This document shows, one piece after another, positions 53,253 to 63,100 of a stretch of DNA of 64,000 nt. Below the pieces are notes generated by a model, which worked only from the letters and a program-made list of their open reading frames with translations, did no database searches and had not been told where the DNA came from. The translations under genes and the position numbers were made by a program. Source of the DNA: an uncultured Acidobacteriota bacterium (GTDB lineage: Bacteria > Acidobacteriota > Thermoanaerobaculia > UBA5066 > Gp7-AA6); contig CAWALG010000032.1 of NCBI GenBank assembly GCA_963782815.1, positions 65,072-129,071 of the forward strand, written 5' to 3'. The first letter of the stretch is position 1. The number at the start of each line of letters is the position of its first letter.

Positions 53253-55970
53253 TCAGTAGGCGATGCGGCGAGACGGAGTGAGAGACGGCGGGCGTCCCAC
53301 GCGGATCCGGGCGTCCACGACGCACACGCCGCTCGTCAGGACCTTGACCGGGTTCAGATCCATCTCGCGCACCTCGGGGCAGTTCTCGATGAGGGCGGAG
53401 ACGCGCAGCAACATCTCCTTGAGAGCGGCCTCGTCTCCGCGCGGAGCTCCGCGGTAGCCGCGCAGGAGGGCGGTGCCCTTCACCTCATCGAGCATGGCGG
53501 CGACGTCCCTGTCGGTGAGCGGGTGGAGACGGAAGGCCACGTCGGCGACGAGCTCGACGAGAGTCCCGCCGCTGCCGTAGACGACGAGCGGTCCGAACGT
53601 CGGGTCCTGCGTGACGCCGACGAGGACTTCGACGCCGCCGGGCACCATGGCCTGGACGAGGAAATCGGTGAGGTCCGTGCCGAGCCGCTGCTTCAACTCG
53701 CGGCAGGCCGAGAGGACCGCGTCCTCGTCGGCCAGGTTCAGACGCACGCCGTCGACCTCCGTCTTGTGCAGGATCGCGGGGCCGACCGCTTTCACCGCGA
53801 CCGGAAACCCGAGCTCTTTCGCCGCGGCGGCCGCGGTGGTCTCGTCGCGGGCGAGGCGCATCGCCGCGACGGGAATCCCGAACGCGGTCAGGAGCGCTTC
53901 CGCCTCGAGCGGTCCGACCCATCCGCCGCTCCCCGCGAGCACCTTCGCGATGACCGCGCGGGCCCGGTCCACGGCGAGGCCCTCGAGAGCCGGCACCTTC
54001 CCCGGCGGCTGCCGGCGCCACTCCCCGTAGTCGGCGGCGCGGCCAAGCGCGATCGCGGCGGATTCGGGGAACGGGTAACAGGGGATCGCCGCCGACAGGA
54101 CCTGGGGCGTTCCCTTGGCGCTCATGAACGTCGCGAGGACGGGCTTTCGCGCCCCTTTCGTGCCTTCGACGATGGATGTGGCGACGGCCTCGGCCTGGCT
54201 CGCGATCGGCGGGATGAAGATCACCAGGACGCTGTCGAAATTCTCCTCGTCCAGCAGGATCCTCAACGCTTTCCGGTAGTGCTCCCCCGTCGCCGAGGCG
54301 ATCATATCCACCGGGTTGCCCACGCTCGCCGCCGCGCGGAAGAAACGGCGCGCAGCTTCGCGGCCGCGGCGGCGGACAGGAGCGGCAGCTCCAGCCCCTG
54401 CGCCTCGCAGGCATCGGCCGCGAGGATCCCCGGGCCGCCGGCGTTGGTAAGGATGCCGACGCGCCGGCCGAGGGGGACGGGCTGGTGCGCGAGAAGCGTG
54501 GCCACGTCGAAGAGCTCTTCGAGGGTCCCGGTCCGGATGACGCCCGCCTGCCGGAAAAGAGCGTCCACGACAGGATCGGACTCGGCAAGAGCGCCCGTAT
54601 GGGACGTGGCGGCGCGCGAGCCCGCGCGCGAGCGGCCGGCCTTGACCGCGATGATCGGCTTCTTGCGCGCGACGCGGCGCGCGATGCGGGAGAAGCGGAC
54701 GGGATTGCCGAAGCTCTCCAGGTACAGCAGGATCACGTCCGTGCGCGGGTCCTCGCTCCAGTACTGGATCAGGTCATTGCCGGAGACGTCCGCCTTGTTG
54801 CCGACGGAGACGAACGTCGAGATCCCGAGATTCAGCTTCGAGGCGTAGTCGAGCAGCGCCAGCCCGAGCGCTCCGCTCTGCGAGGAGAGGGCCACGCGGC
54901 CCTTCCGGCGGGTGCACGGGGCCGAACTGGGCGTCGAGGCGCACCTTCGGATCCGTGTTGATGAGCCCCATGCTGTTGGGCCCCACCATCCGGATCCCGG
55001 CGGCCCGGATCTTCTCGACGAGCACCGCCTCCCGCTGCCGGCCCTCCGTGCCCGTTTCCGAGAATCCCGCCGTGATCATGATGATCGCCTTGACGCCCTT
55101 GGCGACACACTCGTCCACGGCGGCTTCGACCCCCGCGGCGGGGATCACGATGACGGCGAGGTCCACGGCCCCCGGGTAATCCTCCAGGCGCGGATAGCAC
55201 CGGACACCCAGGATCTCCCCGGCGTTCGGATTGATCGGGACGAGCGTGCCCTGGAAGCCGTTGGAGACGAGGTTGAAGAAGAGCTCGGCGCCGATCTTCC
55301 CGCGTTCGCGGCTCGCCCCGAGCACGGCGACGACCTTCGGTTCGAAGAGGAGCTTCATCGAAGCCGCGGCCGCGCGCTCCGAGCGTTCGGCGTAGCTCTC
55401 CTCGAACCGGGGAGTCGGCGTCAGGGAGAAGACCATCTTCCCGACGCCCCCCTCGAATGTCTGCTTCAACTCGAACCCGCAGTTGCGGAAGACGCCGATC
55501 ATCCGCCGGTTCTGGGCGAGGACTTCCGCCTCGAAGATCTGGATCCCCCGGGCCCGCGCGATCTCGGCCAGCCTTTCCAGAAGGCGCGTTCCGATGCCCT
55601 GTCCCTGGAGCGCATCCTCGACCGTGAAGGCGGCCTCCGCGCGCTCGGGGCGCTTGTCGTTGCGGAAGAAGTGGGCGATGGCGACGATCCGGCCGGCGGT
55701 CTCTCCCACCAGAGCGAACGTGTTCTGGTAATCCACCTGGCAGACGCTCTCCGCCTTCTTGACGTTCAACTGAGGGACCGAGAAGAAGCGGAAGTAGAGG
55801 CTGTCGGGCGACAGCCGCTTGTAGAAGGCGAGGAGAGCCGCGGCGTCCTCCGGCCGGATCGGGCGAAGGCGCAGGGTGGACCCGGACTTCAGGACGACGT
55901 CGGATTCCTCCTGGGCGGGATAGCCGGCCGGAGGCTCCGCGGTGGTGCCGCCTGTGATTCTGGAAGACAT
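53253..55970 (-). CDS. GNAT N-acetyltransferase fused to ADP-forming acyl-CoA synthetase (two frame changes)
   Basis: N-terminal GNAT (ALQGQGIGTRLL), CoA-binding (VAVLGASRERGKIG), ligase-CoA (SQSGALGLALLD), ATP-grasp C-terminus. ORFs 54774..56993, 54302..54895 and 53253..54323 join near 54895 and 54320. Confidence 0.8.
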
Positions 55971-56103
55971 GAGAACCTCCCGCGGACAGGTTCTTGCAAT
56001 TTTGCGCCCGGGTGTTGATACGAACGGATCATACGGCACGCGAGCGTGCGCTCGTCCGCCTCGCCGGACCCCTCCGGCGACCCCTCGCCGGAACCAAGTC
56101 GTT

Positions 56104-56147
56104 TGATGCAGCTTGATCTGGTGATTCCCCCCGTGTCGGACGATGCT
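56104..56147 (+). promoter_or_regulatory. operator/promoter site B: TGATGCAGCTTGATCT, 22 nt, GATGCT
   Basis: Palindrome at 56104-56119 and hexamer at 56142-56147. 21 nt (with GGGGAGG) to the CBS ATG at 56169. Confidence 0.55.
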
Positions 56148-56168
56148 TTCTCCGGGGAGGAAGAACGC

Positions 56169-56627
56169 ATGAAGGTCGAAGCGCTCATGAACCCGCGGGT
56201 CAAATCCGCCGGGACGGACGCCTCCGTCGCCGACGTCGTCCTGATCATGGAGAAGTACGACTGCGGAACCGTCCCGATCCTGAACAAGGCCAACAAGCTC
56301 GTGGGAATCGTCACGGACCGGGACATCTGCCTCGGCCTCGGGTTCCGCCCGATTCCGGCGGCGGGGATACCCATCACCGACATCATGTCGAAGAAGGTCT
56401 ACGCCTGCTCTCCGGAAGAGGACGTCTCGGCCGCTCTTCAAACGATGCGCCAGCGGAAAGTCCGCCGGCTGCCCGTCATCGACTCCGACGGGCTGCTCGT
56501 CGGCATCCTCTCGATGGACGACGTGGTTCTCCGCGCGGAGGAGGACTTCGGAGAGACGGTCAGGACTCTGAAGGCCATCTACAGGCGGCCGGTCTCCAGG
56601 AAGGAGCCCGCAAGGCTCGAGGCCTGA
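56169..56627 (+). CDS. CBS-pair domain protein
   Basis: MKVEALMNPRVKSAG.., LVGIVTDRDICL, VRRLPVIDSDGLLVGILSMDDVVL, TLKAIYRRP. Close paralogue of 63084..63578. Confidence 0.85.
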   Translation: MKVEALMNPRVKSAGTDASVADVVLIMEKYDCGTVPILNKANKLVGIVTDRDICLGLGFRPIPAAGIPITDIMSKKVYACSPEEDVSAALQTMRQRKVRRLPVIDSDGLLVGILSMDDVVLRAEEDFGETVRTLKAIYRRPVSRKEPARLEA

Positions 56628-56682
56628 TCGACAACTCTCGAAGGTCCTCCGCCGCGGGCTCCCTGCGGAGGTAAGCCCCGCG

Positions 56683-57600
56683 ATGGCGGACGGCAGGCAT
56701 TCGATCGCCGCCGGGATCTGGCGGCTCGCCGATCCAAAGATCTCCCTCGCGTCCATGGCGTCGATGTTCCTCGGCGCCTGCGCCGCGGCGCGCGACGGAC
56801 CGCTCGACCCGGGATGGCTCGCGGTGACCGTCGCCGGAATCTTCGCGATCGAAGTCGCCAAGAATGCCTCGGGCGAGATCTTCGACTTCGATTCCGGCAC
56901 GGACCGCTCGGTCGCGCCCGAAGACCGGAGCCCCTTCTCCGGCGGAAAGCGCGTCCTGGTGGACGGGCTGCTGACACGGCGGGAGACGGCCACGGCAGCC
57001 GCCGTCTGCTATGCCGCCGGCGCCGCCTGCGGCCTCGCGATCGTGCTGCTCCGGGAGCCGAAGGTGTTCTGGCCGGGAGCCGCCGGGATGGCGTGCGCCT
57101 ACTTCTACCAGGCGCCGCCGCTCTCCCTCGCCTATCGCGGGCTGGGGGAAGCGGCCGTCGCGATCTGCTACGGTCCGCTGATCTGCTCCGGGACCTACCT
57201 CGTGCAGCGCGGCTCTCTGCCCGCGCCGATCCTCGCGCTCTCGGCGCCTCTGGGAATCCTGATCGCCGGCTTCCTCTGGATCAACGAGTTTCCGGACTTC
57301 CGCGCGGACCGCGCAGCCGGGAAACGGACTCTCGTCGTCCGGCTCGGACGCCGCGCCGCGAGCTTCGTCTTCATCGGCCTCATCGCGACCGCGGCTCTTC
57401 TGCTCCTCGCCGAGCCGTTGCTCGGCCTGCCCGAAGGTGTGTGGCTCGGCGCGCTCGGGCTCATTCCAGCGGCGCTGGCCGCCCGGACCGTCGCTCGAAA
57501 CTTCGACCGAACGGAGTTGATCGTCCCGGCACAGCGCCAGGCGCTCCTCGCGTTCCTCCTGCTGGCGATCGGTTCGGGACTCGGTTCCCTTCTTCTCTAG
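56683..57600 (+). CDS. UbiA family prenyltransferase (MenA-like)
   Basis: Intact 305 aa with 8-9 TM helices. NEFPDFRADRAAGKRT Asp-rich motif. Confidence 0.75.
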   Translation: MADGRHSIAAGIWRLADPKISLASMASMFLGACAAARDGPLDPGWLAVTVAGIFAIEVAKNASGEIFDFDSGTDRSVAPEDRSPFSGGKRVLVDGLLTRRETATAAAVCYAAGAACGLAIVLLREPKVFWPGAAGMACAYFYQAPPLSLAYRGLGEAAVAICYGPLICSGTYLVQRGSLPAPILALSAPLGILIAGFLWINEFPDFRADRAAGKRTLVVRLGRRAASFVFIGLIATAALLLLAEPLLGLPEGVWLGALGLIPAALAARTVARNFDRTELIVPAQRQALLAFLLLAIGSGLGSLLL

Positions 57601-57602
57601 AG

Positions 57603-57643
57603 AGCCCGGCCGAGGCGGCTGTCACTCAGGCTCGGCCGGCGCT
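57603..57643. terminator. stem-loop between convergent genes
   Basis: ccggccgag (57606-57614) pairs with ctcggccgg (57631-57639). The right arm overlaps the 3' end of the USP gene. No U-tract. Confidence 0.35.
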
Positions 57644-58138
57644 CTTGCGGCGCGGCGTCCGTCTCTTCGTGGCCATGCGCTTCTGCCCTTGCGCGGGACC
57701 AACCGTCATCACCGGGCAGGGCGCGGCGGCGATGACCTTCTGCGCCACGCTGCCGAGGAGGAAGCGGAAGAAACCGCTGCGGCCGTGCGTGCCGATGACG
57801 ATCAGGTCGGCGTGAATCTTCGCGGCCGCCTCGGTGATCCCGGAGTGCGCAATCCCGCGCAGGACCAGACCCGTGGCCTTCACCCCCTGCTTTCGGGCGG
57901 CTTCCACGAGAGGCGCGAGGCTCTTTTCGGCTCCCGCCCGCAGGGCCTCCTCGATCTCGTCGTAGAGCCCCGGAGAAGCGATGTAGCTCCCGAAGGAAGC
58001 GGCGCCCGGAGGCTCGTAGACGTGCACGAGGGTGAGCTCCGCGCCTTCCGAGCCGGCGACCCTGACCGCCTGGGCCACCGCGGGCGCCGAGGCCGGAGAG
58101 AAATCCGTCGCGGCGAGGATACGGCTCAGAATTCCCAT
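57626..58138 (-). CDS. universal stress protein
   Basis: MGILSRILAATDFSPAS.., DLIVIGTHGRSGFFRFLLGSVAQKV. Start at ATG 58138 within ORF 57626..58267. Confidence 0.8.
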   Translation of the reverse strand: MGILSRILAATDFSPASAPAVAQAVRVAGSEGAELTLVHVYEPPGAASFGSYIASPGLYDEIEEALRAGAEKSLAPLVEAARKQGVKATGLVLRGIAHSGITEAAAKIHADLIVIGTHGRSGFFRFLLGSVAQKVIAAAPCPVMTVGPAQGQKRMATKRRTPRRKSAGRA

Positions 58139-58230
58139 GGCTGGCTCTCCTTTCTGCTCGGGCGCCCTGCCGGCGGGAAGGACACGATGATAGCGATGAA
58201 GAGTGTCGCGCTCGCGGGAAGAACTCGTCC

Positions 58231-58274
58231 TGATGCGAACAAATCTATCGGCGCGGCCTCCTGTCAACTAGACT
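58231..58274 (+). promoter_or_regulatory. operator/promoter site C: TGATGCGAACAAATCT, 22 nt, TAGACT, 6 nt, GTG
   Basis: Palindrome at 58231-58246 and TAGACT at 58269-58274. The GTG start of the tandem USP is at 58281. Confidence 0.6.
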
Positions 58275-58280
58275 TTCGCC

Positions 58281-59225
58281 GTGAGGATCCTGGCCGCGAC
58301 AGACGGCTCCAGGACATCCGGAGCCGCCGTTCGGTTTGCCGCCGTGGTGGCCGCGAAGTGCAGCAGGGGCAGCCTCACCGTGATCACCGTCGGGCGACTC
58401 CCATCGCGGAGGTGGCTCGCGCGTCCTCGGCCCGGCCGGTTGGAATCCCCGATCGAGGAAAAGGAGCTCGCCTGGTCCGAGCGAGTCCTGGAGAGGGGCC
58501 GACGCGACGCGCAGCGGCTCGGGGCGCGTGTTCGTACCGCGTATGCGGGGACGAACCGGCTCGAGCCGATCGCCGAGACGATCGCCCGCGCCGGCGTCCG
58601 CGACGGGGCGGACCTCGTCGTCGTCGGCAGCGGCGGAGCGAAGGAGCTCCTTCGCTACACTCTTGGCAGTATCACGCACCGGCTCGTGCATGTGTCCCGG
58701 CTCCCGGTCGCGGTCGTGCGCGCCGACGCGAGGACCGCCCGGAGCCCGATCCGGATCCTCGCCTCGACCAACGGATCGAAGCCGTCCCGGGCGGCGGTGG
58801 CCTTCGCCGCGCGCCTGGCCGCCGCGATCCCCCGAGCCCGGCTCGTCGTCCTGACGGTCTCGACTCTCGCGGCCGACATCGCGCTCACGGGGGCCACGTT
58901 CGTGCATGCGTTGGGAGTGCTGCCGGATCTCGAGCGCGCGGAGCGGGAGGCCGCGGACAGGATTCTCCGGGCGGCGGCGAAGGAAACGCGCAAGCTCGGC
59001 AAACGCGTGCGGTTCGTCTACCGGAAACCGGGCCGCCCGACGCGGGCGGCGCAGACCATCGTCCGGGAAGCCGCGCGCCAGGCATCGGACCTGATCGTGC
59101 TCGGCAACACAGGAAGGAGCGCGGTCAACGACCTCGTCCTCGGCAGCGTGGCTCAGCGCGTCCTCGATCTGTCCCACCGGCCCGTCGTTCTCGTGCGGGC
59201 TTCTTCCTCGAGAGGAAGACGATGA
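58281..59225 (+). CDS. tandem (two-domain) universal stress protein
   Basis: Intact 314 aa with two Usp halves (RILAATDGS.. and IRILASTNGS..), each ending G..G......LGS(I/V). Confidence 0.8.
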   Translation: MRILAATDGSRTSGAAVRFAAVVAAKCSRGSLTVITVGRLPSRRWLARPRPGRLESPIEEKELAWSERVLERGRRDAQRLGARVRTAYAGTNRLEPIAETIARAGVRDGADLVVVGSGGAKELLRYTLGSITHRLVHVSRLPVAVVRADARTARSPIRILASTNGSKPSRAAVAFAARLAAAIPRARLVVLTVSTLAADIALTGATFVHALGVLPDLERAEREAADRILRAAAKETRKLGKRVRFVYRKPGRPTRAAQTIVREAARQASDLIVLGNTGRSAVNDLVLGSVAQRVLDLSHRPVVLVRASSSRGRR

Positions 59226-60262
59226 TCCTGTTCCGCGACCGCCAGGATGCCGGGCGGGCGCTCGCGCGGCGGCTCATGTTCTACGCCGGCCGGTCCGACG
59301 TCACGGTCCTCGCTCTCCCCCGCGGCGGCGTGCCGGTCGCTCTCCAGGTCGCTCAGGCCCTGAACGCTCCTCTGGACGTCTTCCTCGTGCGCAAGCTCGG
59401 CCTTCCCGGCCACAAGGAACTGGCCATGGGAGCCATCGCCTCGGGAGGCGTCCGTGTCCTCGATCCCGTCATCCTGCGCGAGTACCATGTGTCCAAGGGG
59501 GAAGTCGTCCGCGTCACGGCGGTCGAGCTGAAGGAGTTGAAGCGCCGCGAGACCGCCTATCGCGCCGGGCGGCCTCCGCTCGACGTGAGAGGCCGCACCG
59601 TCATCCTGGTGGACGACGGGCTGGCCACCGGGTCCTCGATGCGTGCCGCGGTCGAGGCCCTCGCGCCGCTGTCGCCGGCTCGCGTCGTCGTCGCCGTCCC
59701 GGTCGCCCCTCACTCGACGGTCCTCCTGCTCGAGAGGCTGACCAACGAGGTCGTGTGCCTGGCGACGCCGGAGCCCTTTCTCGCCGTCGGAATGTTCTAT
59801 GAGGAATTCGAGCAGATCAGTGACGAGCAGGTCCGTGATCTTCTGGCTTGCGCGGACCCGCCGCCGGAAGCCGACAAGGAGAACTCCATGCGCAATCGCC
59901 AGGTCCCGCGAACGGAGTGGTACCGGTTCTTCCGAGATTTCTCACGGCGCCACGAGGACTGGCTCGTCACGGTTCGGGTCATGAACCCCGACCTCGGGTC
60001 GCAGGTCGAATCGAGCGATCTCCCGCTCGAGGGGATCGTCGCCGATCATGCCGGCCGCGGTCCGATCGCGATTCACGTGGGCCGGTCTCCGCAACACCAC
60101 GTCGAACACGAGGTGCCCGATCCGCGGCAGGTCTGGGTCGAGCTCTCCCCGGAGGGCGCGGAAGAAGCGGTCGAGATCGAGTCAGAGGACGGGACGAAGA
60201 CCATCGTACAGTTCCACGCGGCCTCCCTCCCGCGGGAAGTGGACGGCATTCTTCGCCCGTAG
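59222..60262 (+). CDS. phosphoribosyltransferase domain protein continuous in frame with a DUF5335-like C-terminal module
   Basis: PRPP loop VILVDDGLATGSS. From the internal ATG at 59888: MRNRQVPRTEWYRFFRDFSRRHEDWLVTVRV.. (family name from memory). No stop between the two parts. ATG overlaps the USP stop (ATGA). Confidence 0.65.
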   Translation: MILFRDRQDAGRALARRLMFYAGRSDVTVLALPRGGVPVALQVAQALNAPLDVFLVRKLGLPGHKELAMGAIASGGVRVLDPVILREYHVSKGEVVRVTAVELKELKRRETAYRAGRPPLDVRGRTVILVDDGLATGSSMRAAVEALAPLSPARVVVAVPVAPHSTVLLLERLTNEVVCLATPEPFLAVGMFYEEFEQISDEQVRDLLACADPPPEADKENSMRNRQVPRTEWYRFFRDFSRRHEDWLVTVRVMNPDLGSQVESSDLPLEGIVADHAGRGPIAIHVGRSPQHHVEHEVPDPRQVWVELSPEGAEEAVEIESEDGTKTIVQFHAASLPREVDGILRP

Positions 60263-60624
60263 CGGCGGCCCGGGACCTCGTGCTCCAACGCCGGGAAGAC
60301 GCCGGGCGCTCTCAACCGTTCGGATCTTCAGGAGGCTCCGGTCCGCTCCCTCCGGTGACGGGAGCAGAAGACCCCGTCGTGGCGCCGGAACCGGCACTGC
60401 TGAGGATGTCCGTTGGCGGCCAGGAAGACGACGGCGATGCAGCGCTCGTTGGGCGGCAGGAAGATCGAGCGTCCTCGCCGAGTCTGGATTGCGCTCCGGA
60501 TCCCCTGCTGCGCCACCGCGGCTCCACGATGGATGCCGTCCCGGGTCGATGCCCGAACGCTCTCGGCTCCCATCTTCCGCCCCCCAACCAATCCTTCCGT
60601 TCGGGACTCCGCTCTCCCTCTTCG

Positions 60625-61266
60625 TCAGTCCTCGACGAAGGGATTGTGAATGATGATCCGCTGGCCTCCCTGCTTCTGGACGATCTCCCGGAGAGCGGCG
60701 GCCAATTCCCGGCGCAAAGGAGCAGAGCCCTCCTCCTCGGCACAGAGAACCATGTCGGTCAGCGACACGACACCCTCGAGAAGCCCCTGCGCGCCGATGA
60801 CAGGGAGGTGCCGGATCCGGCGGGATCGCATGGCCCTCAGGGCATTCAGGACGTCCTCTCCGGTCTCACACGTCGCGGGCGGGCCGCTCATCGCGTCGCG
60901 GACGAACATGTCGCTCAACCGGCGGTGACTGGTCGATCCGAGCAGGCAGATGTCGCCGTCCGTCACGACGCCGATCGGACGCCCGCTGCCGTCCACGACC
61001 GGAAGGAAACGGCAGTCCGCCTCGAACATCGCGATCGCCGCCGCGGCCAGCGTGTCTTCCGGACGACAGGACCGGACGTTTCGCGTCATGATGTCACGCA
61101 CGCGACAGGAGGGAGAGTCGCCGGGCTGGCGGCGCGCATTCCCTTCAGCGGCCTGCGGTTCCTGACCCGGCCCGGAGGGGAGCCGTTCCCCCGCCGCCTC
61201 CTGCCCTACCCCGAGAGAACGGCAAGGATCATTGATGCTCATGCCGGTTCTCATCGAACCCTCCAC
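60625..61266 (-). CDS. CBS-pair domain protein (start uncertain)
   Basis: VRDIMTRNVRSC.., FLPVVDGSGRPIGVVTDGDICL, IRHLPVIGAQGLLEGVVSLTDMVL. Confidence 0.75.
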   Translation of the reverse strand: MEGSMRTGMSINDPCRSLGVGQEAAGERLPSGPGQEPQAAEGNARRQPGDSPSCRVRDIMTRNVRSCRPEDTLAAAAIAMFEADCRFLPVVDGSGRPIGVVTDGDICLLGSTSHRRLSDMFVRDAMSGPPATCETGEDVLNALRAMRSRRIRHLPVIGAQGLLEGVVSLTDMVLCAEEEGSAPLRRELAAALREIVQKQGGQRIIIHNPFVED

Positions 61267-61281
61267 TTTCCGCGGCCCGGA

Positions 61282-61957
61282 TCAGCTCCAGGGATCGACG
61301 GACAAGTGGTCCTTCACCTCGTGAACTCCGGGAGCGTGACTGACTGTTCCCAGGACCGAGTTCTTCTCCGGCCAGGTCCGGACCTTGCCTTCGAGCGTAA
61401 CGGTATCCCCGTCGATGTTGACGCTGATCCTCTCCGCTTCCCGCTCCGCCTCGAGCTCGAGCGCGTCTTCGATGGATCGGCGGAGGACTTGCGGATCGAC
61501 GGTGGTCGCGCGAGACCTCGAGGAGGTTGTGAACGCTCTGGACGCCCGCGAGGACCCGCACGACCCGCTCCGCGTCCTCCTTCTCGCGCGGCGTCGAAAC
61601 CTCTCCCTCGAGCGTGACCCGGCCCTCGGAGACCGCCGAGCGGATCTTCCTGTCGGGCAGGAACGGGTCCCATTCGAGCGTGAGCCGGACGGTCCTCGCG
61701 ATGTCGCCGTCCGTTCTCTGCGGAACCCCCGGCGAATGGACCTGGATTTCGTCGGCCACTCTGAGGACGCCGATCACCCGGAGCGCCGCCCCCCGGGCGG
61801 CGTGTTTCCTCGACTCGCCGTCCACCGTTCCCGTCAGGGTCACGATGCCGCCACTCACCTCGATGCCGATCTCGGCCCCGTCCACCCGGGAGTCCCACTG
61901 GAGCTCGCGCAGGACGTCCTGCTGAATCTCCTGGTCGGTCCTGGCCGCAACAGGCAT
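61282..61957 (-). CDS. BON domain (OsmY-like) protein, three BON repeats (one frame change)
   Basis: GIVTLTGTV, GRVTLEGEV. After a shift near 61500: GDTVTLEGKV..HEVKDHLSVDPWS*. Confidence 0.7.
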
Positions 61958-62060
61958 GGCAGCCTCCTCCTGCCAGGCTCGCTCGCGCCCCGCTGCTCTG
62001 GCCTGCCGGGCGCGACGCTCGCCGGCTCGGACATGATGAGAGAAAACGGGACTCTCCGCA

Positions 62061-62104
62061 TGATTCGCCTACATCATTCCGGGCGCCGCGGGACGGGATA
62101 GGAT
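62061..62104 (+). promoter_or_regulatory. operator/promoter site D: TGATTCGCCTACATCA, 22 nt, TAGGAT, 6 nt, GTG
   Basis: Palindrome at 62061-62076 and TAGGAT at 62099-62104. The GTG start of the USP is at 62111. Confidence 0.6.
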
Positions 62105-62110
62105 CGGCGC

Positions 62111-62548
62111 GTGGCGCGAGGCCGGATCCGGATCCTCGTCGGCGTGGACTTCTCCCGCGAGTCGCTGGGCGCCCTGCGCGCCGCTCGGGCGCTCGCGGCG
62201 AAGGTCGGGGGCCATATCACCCTGACTCACGTCCGCCCGACCTCCAACACGCGGGCGGCCGTCGTCGAGGATCGCGGAGACCTCCTGCGCCGGCCGGCGG
62301 CCGCGCTCTCCGCCGCGATGGCGGACCACTACGAGCGCCGTCTCGCGAGGCTGCGGCTCCGAGGCTCGAACGAAGACGTGCTCCTGCTGCGCGGCGCCGC
62401 GGCTCCGGCTCTCTGCCGCCGGGCGGGCCGCGGCTACGACCTGCTCGTCCTCGGGGAGCGCGGGCGAGGCCGTGTCGCGGCGTTCCTGCTCGGCAGCACC
62501 GTCCAGGAAACGATCGCCCGTTCGCCGATTCCGGTCATGGTGGCCTGA
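62111..62548 (+). CDS. universal stress protein
   Basis: Intact 145 aa. RILVGVDFSRES.., DLLVLGERGRGRVAAFLLGSTVQE. Confidence 0.8.
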   Translation: MARGRIRILVGVDFSRESLGALRAARALAAKVGGHITLTHVRPTSNTRAAVVEDRGDLLRRPAAALSAAMADHYERRLARLRLRGSNEDVLLLRGAAAPALCRRAGRGYDLLVLGERGRGRVAAFLLGSTVQETIARSPIPVMVA

Positions 62549-62662
62549 CGAGCCGGGCCTTCGCCGGTGCGTTTGGCTCATGACCCCGGAGCGGTTCCGG
62601 TTCATCATTCCGGAAGGCGCCGACCGCCTCTGAGCGGACCGGCGACGCCGAAGGAGATCTCG

Positions 62663-63100
62663 ATGCTGCAGATCCACCTGCTCGACATGGCGCCGTCGCC
62701 GGCGGTCGAAGCCCGGATCCGGCGATGGGGCGACCGGCTGTCACGCTACTCCGAGGAGATCCAGAACTGCCAGGTGTGGGTCGAGTCCCCGCACGGTCAC
62801 CACCGCAAGGGAGACCTGTACGGCGTTCGCATCCGGCTGACGGTGCCCGGGGAGGAGCTTTCCGTGGATCTCCAGCCGAGCGAGGAGGACGTGCACCTCT
62901 CCATCCGGAAGGCGTTCGACGCCGCGCGGCGCAAGCTCCAGGACTACGAGCGCCGGCGTCGCGGCCAGGTCAAGGCCCACCCTCGCGCGCCCGGCGACGT
63001 CTCCCGCAGGAGGCAGGTCCCCGCGCGGCGGGACCGCGAGGACCGCGGTCTGAAGTTCTCAGGCGGAGGAGGAGCGGCCGGCTCTACGGGTGAGCGATGA
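62663..63100 (+). CDS. HPF/RaiA-like ribosome-associated protein (tentative)
   Basis: MLQIHLLDMAPSPAVEARIRRWGDRLSRY..VWVESPH..YGVRIRLTVPGEELSV..IRKAFDAARRKLQDY. Low-complexity basic tail, so the 3' end is uncertain. Confidence 0.5.
   Translation: MLQIHLLDMAPSPAVEARIRRWGDRLSRYSEEIQNCQVWVESPHGHHRKGDLYGVRIRLTVPGEELSVDLQPSEEDVHLSIRKAFDAARRKLQDYERRRRGQVKAHPRAPGDVSRRRQVPARRDREDRGLKFSGGGGAAGSTGER

Noticed and set aside
60328-60591. 87-aa minus-strand ORF with Cys/His residues (..CIAVVFLAANGHPQQCRFRRHDGVFC..) in the 363-nt convergent spacer.
   Set aside because: There is no recognisable family or ribosome-binding site, and the Arg-rich composition is typical of GC artefacts. I left it unannotated.
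62602-62614. ATCATTCCGG upstream of the HPF-like gene. It resembles the right half of operator D. A similar ACATCCATTCCGG occurs at 52477-52490.
   Set aside because: There is no TGAT left arm at the required 8-nt spacing and no xAnnnT hexamer 22 nt downstream. I treat these as half-site remnants, not functional sites.
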